64,000 nucleotides of DNA from positions 340,904-404,903 of the forward strand of contig JAHHIM010000055.1 in the NCBI GenBank assembly GCA_019358915.1, read 5' to 3'. Positions 61,237-64,000 of the stretch are shown in pieces. Under the pieces are notes generated by a model, which was given only the letters and a program-made list of their open reading frames with translations, ran no database searches and was not told the DNA's origin. Each line of letters starts with the position of its first letter. The first letter of the stretch is position 1. This DNA comes from Trichormus sp. ATA11-4-KO1 (lineage in GTDB: Bacteria; Cyanobacteriota; Cyanobacteriia; Cyanobacteriales; Nostocaceae). A program made the translations under genes and the position numbers.

Positions 61237-63678
61237 ATGTTTGAACACTTCACTTCCGAAGCCATCAAAGTAATTATGCTAGCTCAGGAGGAAGCCCGTC
61301 GCCTGGGACACAATTTCGTAGGAACTGAACAAATTCTCCTGGGTTTGATTGGAGAAGGAACTGGGGTTGCTGCTAAAGTGCTGGCCGAATTGGGCGTTAC
61401 TCTTAAAGAAGCACGTCGCGAAGTAGAAAAAATTATCGGTAGAGGTTCTGGTTTTGTACCACCGGAAATTCCTTTTACCCCCAAGGTGAAAAGCTTATTT
61501 GAGCAATCGTTTAGAGAAGCCAATAGTCTTGGACATAACTACATCAACACTGAACACTTACTCTTGGGATTGACCGAGGCTGGTGAAGGTGTCGCCGCCA
61601 AAGTGCTACAAAATCTAGGGGTTGACCTCAAGAGTGTCCGGACAGCAGTAATTCGGCGTTTAGGTGAAGGTGCATCTGTTTTCGCGAGTACTGGTAGTAG
61701 CTCAAAACGCACCCAAAACCTCAGTCTCGAAGAATTTGGCAGGAATCTGACAAAACTAGCTCAAGAAGGTAAACTCGACCCTGTAGTCGGTCGGCAAAAA
61801 GAAATTGAGCGCACCATCCAAATTCTCGGTCGCCGCACAAAGAATAATCCAGTGTTGATTGGAGAACCAGGAGTTGGTAAAACTGCGATCGCTGAAGGTC
61901 TAGCGCAACGTATTGTGAATCAAGATGCGCCGGAAATTTTGCTAGACAAGCAAGTTATCAGCCTGGATATGGGGCTAATAGTCTCTGGAACTCGCTTCCG
62001 TGGAGACTTTGAAGAACGCCTCAAGAAAATTGTCGATGAAGTCCGTTCTGCTGGCAATATCATTTTGGTGATTGACGAAGTTCACACCTTAGTTGGTGCT
62101 GGTGGTACAGAAGGCGGCTTAGATGCAGCCAACATCCTCAAACCTGCCTTAGCACGGGGAGAACTTCAGTGCATTGGTGCAACCACCCTGAATGAGTATC
62201 GTCAGCATATTGAGCGTGATGCAGCCTTAGAGCGGCGTTTTCAATCGATTCTGGTAGGGGAACCTTCAGTAGAAGAAACCATTGATATACTCTACGGCTT
62301 GCGCGGAGCTTACGAGCAGCACCACAAAGTACACATTTCTGATGCAGCTGTTGTCGCCGCCGCAAACTTGTCAGATCGTTATATTAGCGATCGCTTTTTG
62401 CCAGATAAAGCCATTGACTTAATTGATGAAGCTGGTTCCCGCGTGCGGCTGCGAAACTCTCGGATTTCTACTAACAAAGAACTCAAGCAGCAACTAATCG
62501 GTGTGACTAAAGCTAAAGAGGAAGCAGTGAGAATCCAGAATTATGACAAAGCTGGAGAATTGCGGGACGAAGAAATAAAACTCGCAGCTGAACTACAAAC
62601 CGATAAATCTTTCCCCTCCCCCGTTGTAGACGAAGAAGACATTGCTCAAATCGTCGCTTCGTGGACAGGTGTACCAGTCAACAAACTCACCGAATCTGAG
62701 TCAGAGTTGCTATTACATCTAGAAGACACACTCCATGAGCGGTTAATTGGTCAAGAACAAGCAGTTACAGCCGTATCTCGTGCCATTCGTCGCGCCAGAG
62801 TAGGGTTAAAGAACCCCAATCGTCCAATCGCCAGTTTTATCTTCTCCGGGCCTACTGGAGTTGGTAAAACAGAATTAGCCAAATCCTTAGCATCGTACTT
62901 CTTCGGTGCGGAAGAAGCAATGATTCGCTTAGATATGTCCGAATATATGGAAGGACATACCGTCTCCAAGCTAATAGGTTCACCTCCTGGTTACGTAGGA
63001 TATGACGAAGGCGGACAACTGACCGAAGCCGTGCGCCGCAGACCATACACAGTGCTACTGTTCGACGAAATCGAAAAAGCGCACCCCGATGTATTCAACA
63101 TGCTGCTGCAAATTCTAGATGACGGTCACCTCACCGATGCCAAAGGTCGGAAAGTAGACTTCAAGAATACACTAATTATTTTGACTTCCAACATTGGTTC
63201 TAAGGTAATTGAAAAAGGTGGCGGCGGCTTAGGCTTTGAGTTCGATACTGAAGCCAATGCTAGCTACAATCGCATTCGTACCTTAGTGAATGAGGAACTA
63301 AAAGCTTACTTCCGTCCGGAATTCCTCAATCGTGTAGATGATATTATCGTCTTCACGCAACTGTCCAAGGATGAAGTTAAGCAAATTGCTGACATCATGC
63401 TACGTGAGGTTGCTAGCCGCTTAACTGAAAAGGGAATTGTCCTCAAAGTTACAGAGCGCTTCAAAGAGCGTGTAGTCGAAGAAGGCTATAACCCCAGTTA
63501 CGGCGCTAGACCGTTACGCCGAGCCATTATGCGGCTGTTAGAAGATTCTTTGGCTGAAGCAATGCTGTCTGGTGAAATCACCGATGGAGACACAGCCATT
63601 GTTGATATTGATGATGACAATCAGGTGAAAATTCAAGGGTCAGAAAAACGAGAGTTACTCTTGGCAAATGCTGGCTAA
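61237..63678 (+). CDS. clpC: ATP-dependent Clp protease ATP-binding subunit ClpC
   Basis: Clp-N repeats, two AAA+ modules ([16 protein letters not shown]), LGF ClpP-docking loop. Confidence 0.93.
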   Translation: MFEHFTSEAIKVIMLAQEEARRLGHNFVGTEQILLGLIGEGTGVAAKVLAELGVTLKEARREVEKIIGRGSGFVPPEIPFTPKVKSLFEQSFREANSLGHNYINTEHLLLGLTEAGEGVAAKVLQNLGVDLKSVRTAVIRRLGEGASVFASTGSSSKRTQNLSLEEFGRNLTKLAQEGKLDPVVGRQKEIERTIQILGRRTKNNPVLIGEPGVGKTAIAEGLAQRIVNQDAPEILLDKQVISLDMGLIVSGTRFRGDFEERLKKIVDEVRSAGNIILVIDEVHTLVGAGGTEGGLDAANILKPALARGELQCIGATTLNEYRQHIERDAALERRFQSILVGEPSVEETIDILYGLRGAYEQHHKVHISDAAVVAAANLSDRYISDRFLPDKAIDLIDEAGSRVRLRNSRISTNKELKQQLIGVTKAKEEAVRIQNYDKAGELRDEEIKLAAELQTDKSFPSPVVDEEDIAQIVASWTGVPVNKLTESESELLLHLEDTLHERLIGQEQAVTAVSRAIRRARVGLKNPNRPIASFIFSGPTGVGKTELAKSLASYFFGAEEAMIRLDMSEYMEGHTVSKLIGSPPGYVGYDEGGQLTEAVRRRPYTVLLFDEIEKAHPDVFNMLLQILDDGHLTDAKGRKVDFKNTLIILTSNIGSKVIEKGGGGLGFEFDTEANASYNRIRTLVNEELKAYFRPEFLNRVDDIIVFTQLSKDEVKQIADIMLREVASRLTEKGIVLKVTERFKERVVEEGYNPSYGARPLRRAIMRLLEDSLAEAMLSGEITDGDTAIVDIDDDNQVKIQGSEKRELLLANAG

Positions 63679-63713
63679 GATTTAAACCAAGTCATTCTAT
63701 TAGATATCTTTAC

Positions 63714-63743
63714 CCCTGGTCTTTTTTACCAGGGATTTTTTTT
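63714..63743 (+). terminator. Rho-independent terminator after clpC
   Basis: CCCTGGT-loop-ACCAGGG followed by a T run. Confidence 0.75.
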
Positions 63744-64000
63744 ACTCAGGATTTTTAATTCAAGTTTTAGTGTGTTTAATCAACTAGCATTTTTCCTTGG
63801 CGTTCTCTGCGTCTTGGCAGTTTGTTAACAAGAGCGATCGCCTAAACACCAGACCAATCAGATATAGTTAAATCCCACCTTCCGCACCCTAACTGTCACA
63901 CATCAACAAAAAGCTGACGGAGTAGTACATAAGAACTAAGTTAGATTCAAGATTCCAGAGACTTAATGAGAATAAGTAGTATTAAGTCTCTTGATTTGGC

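Overview
64 kb of a filamentous (Nostocales-like) cyanobacterial chromosome, inferred from frequent HIP1 octamers (GCGATCGC), heptamer tandem repeats and the gene content. Most of it is housekeeping: moaC, aroK, ubiX, RNase II/R-like gene, clpP, mobA, dapF-hfq-leuS, sigG with its anti-sigma, a ComFB/CdgR-like gene, tmk, mlaF/mlaD-like genes, clpC and tRNA-Arg(ACG). A metal-uptake block contains an orphan Fe/B12-type binding protein, a multicopper oxidase / HhH-lipoprotein / ferritin-like / FTR1 cluster and two tandem Cbi/Nik ECF transporters. The main accessory element is an AT-rich BglII-like type II restriction-modification cassette (controller, endonuclease, convergent MTase). Its endonuclease appears to start at a non-canonical ATT codon, and the C-R and M promoters share one AACCYA-N3-TRGGTT palindrome. 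Other observations: an internally deleted Rpn-family mini-gene, a stand-alone paralogue of the CdgR N-terminal domain, two related ~50-aa membrane peptides, probable pseudo-enzymes (PyrC', RNB, PMM domain), an AraC remnant, and many MITEs and small dispersed repeats. All family assignments come from recalled motifs, not database searches.
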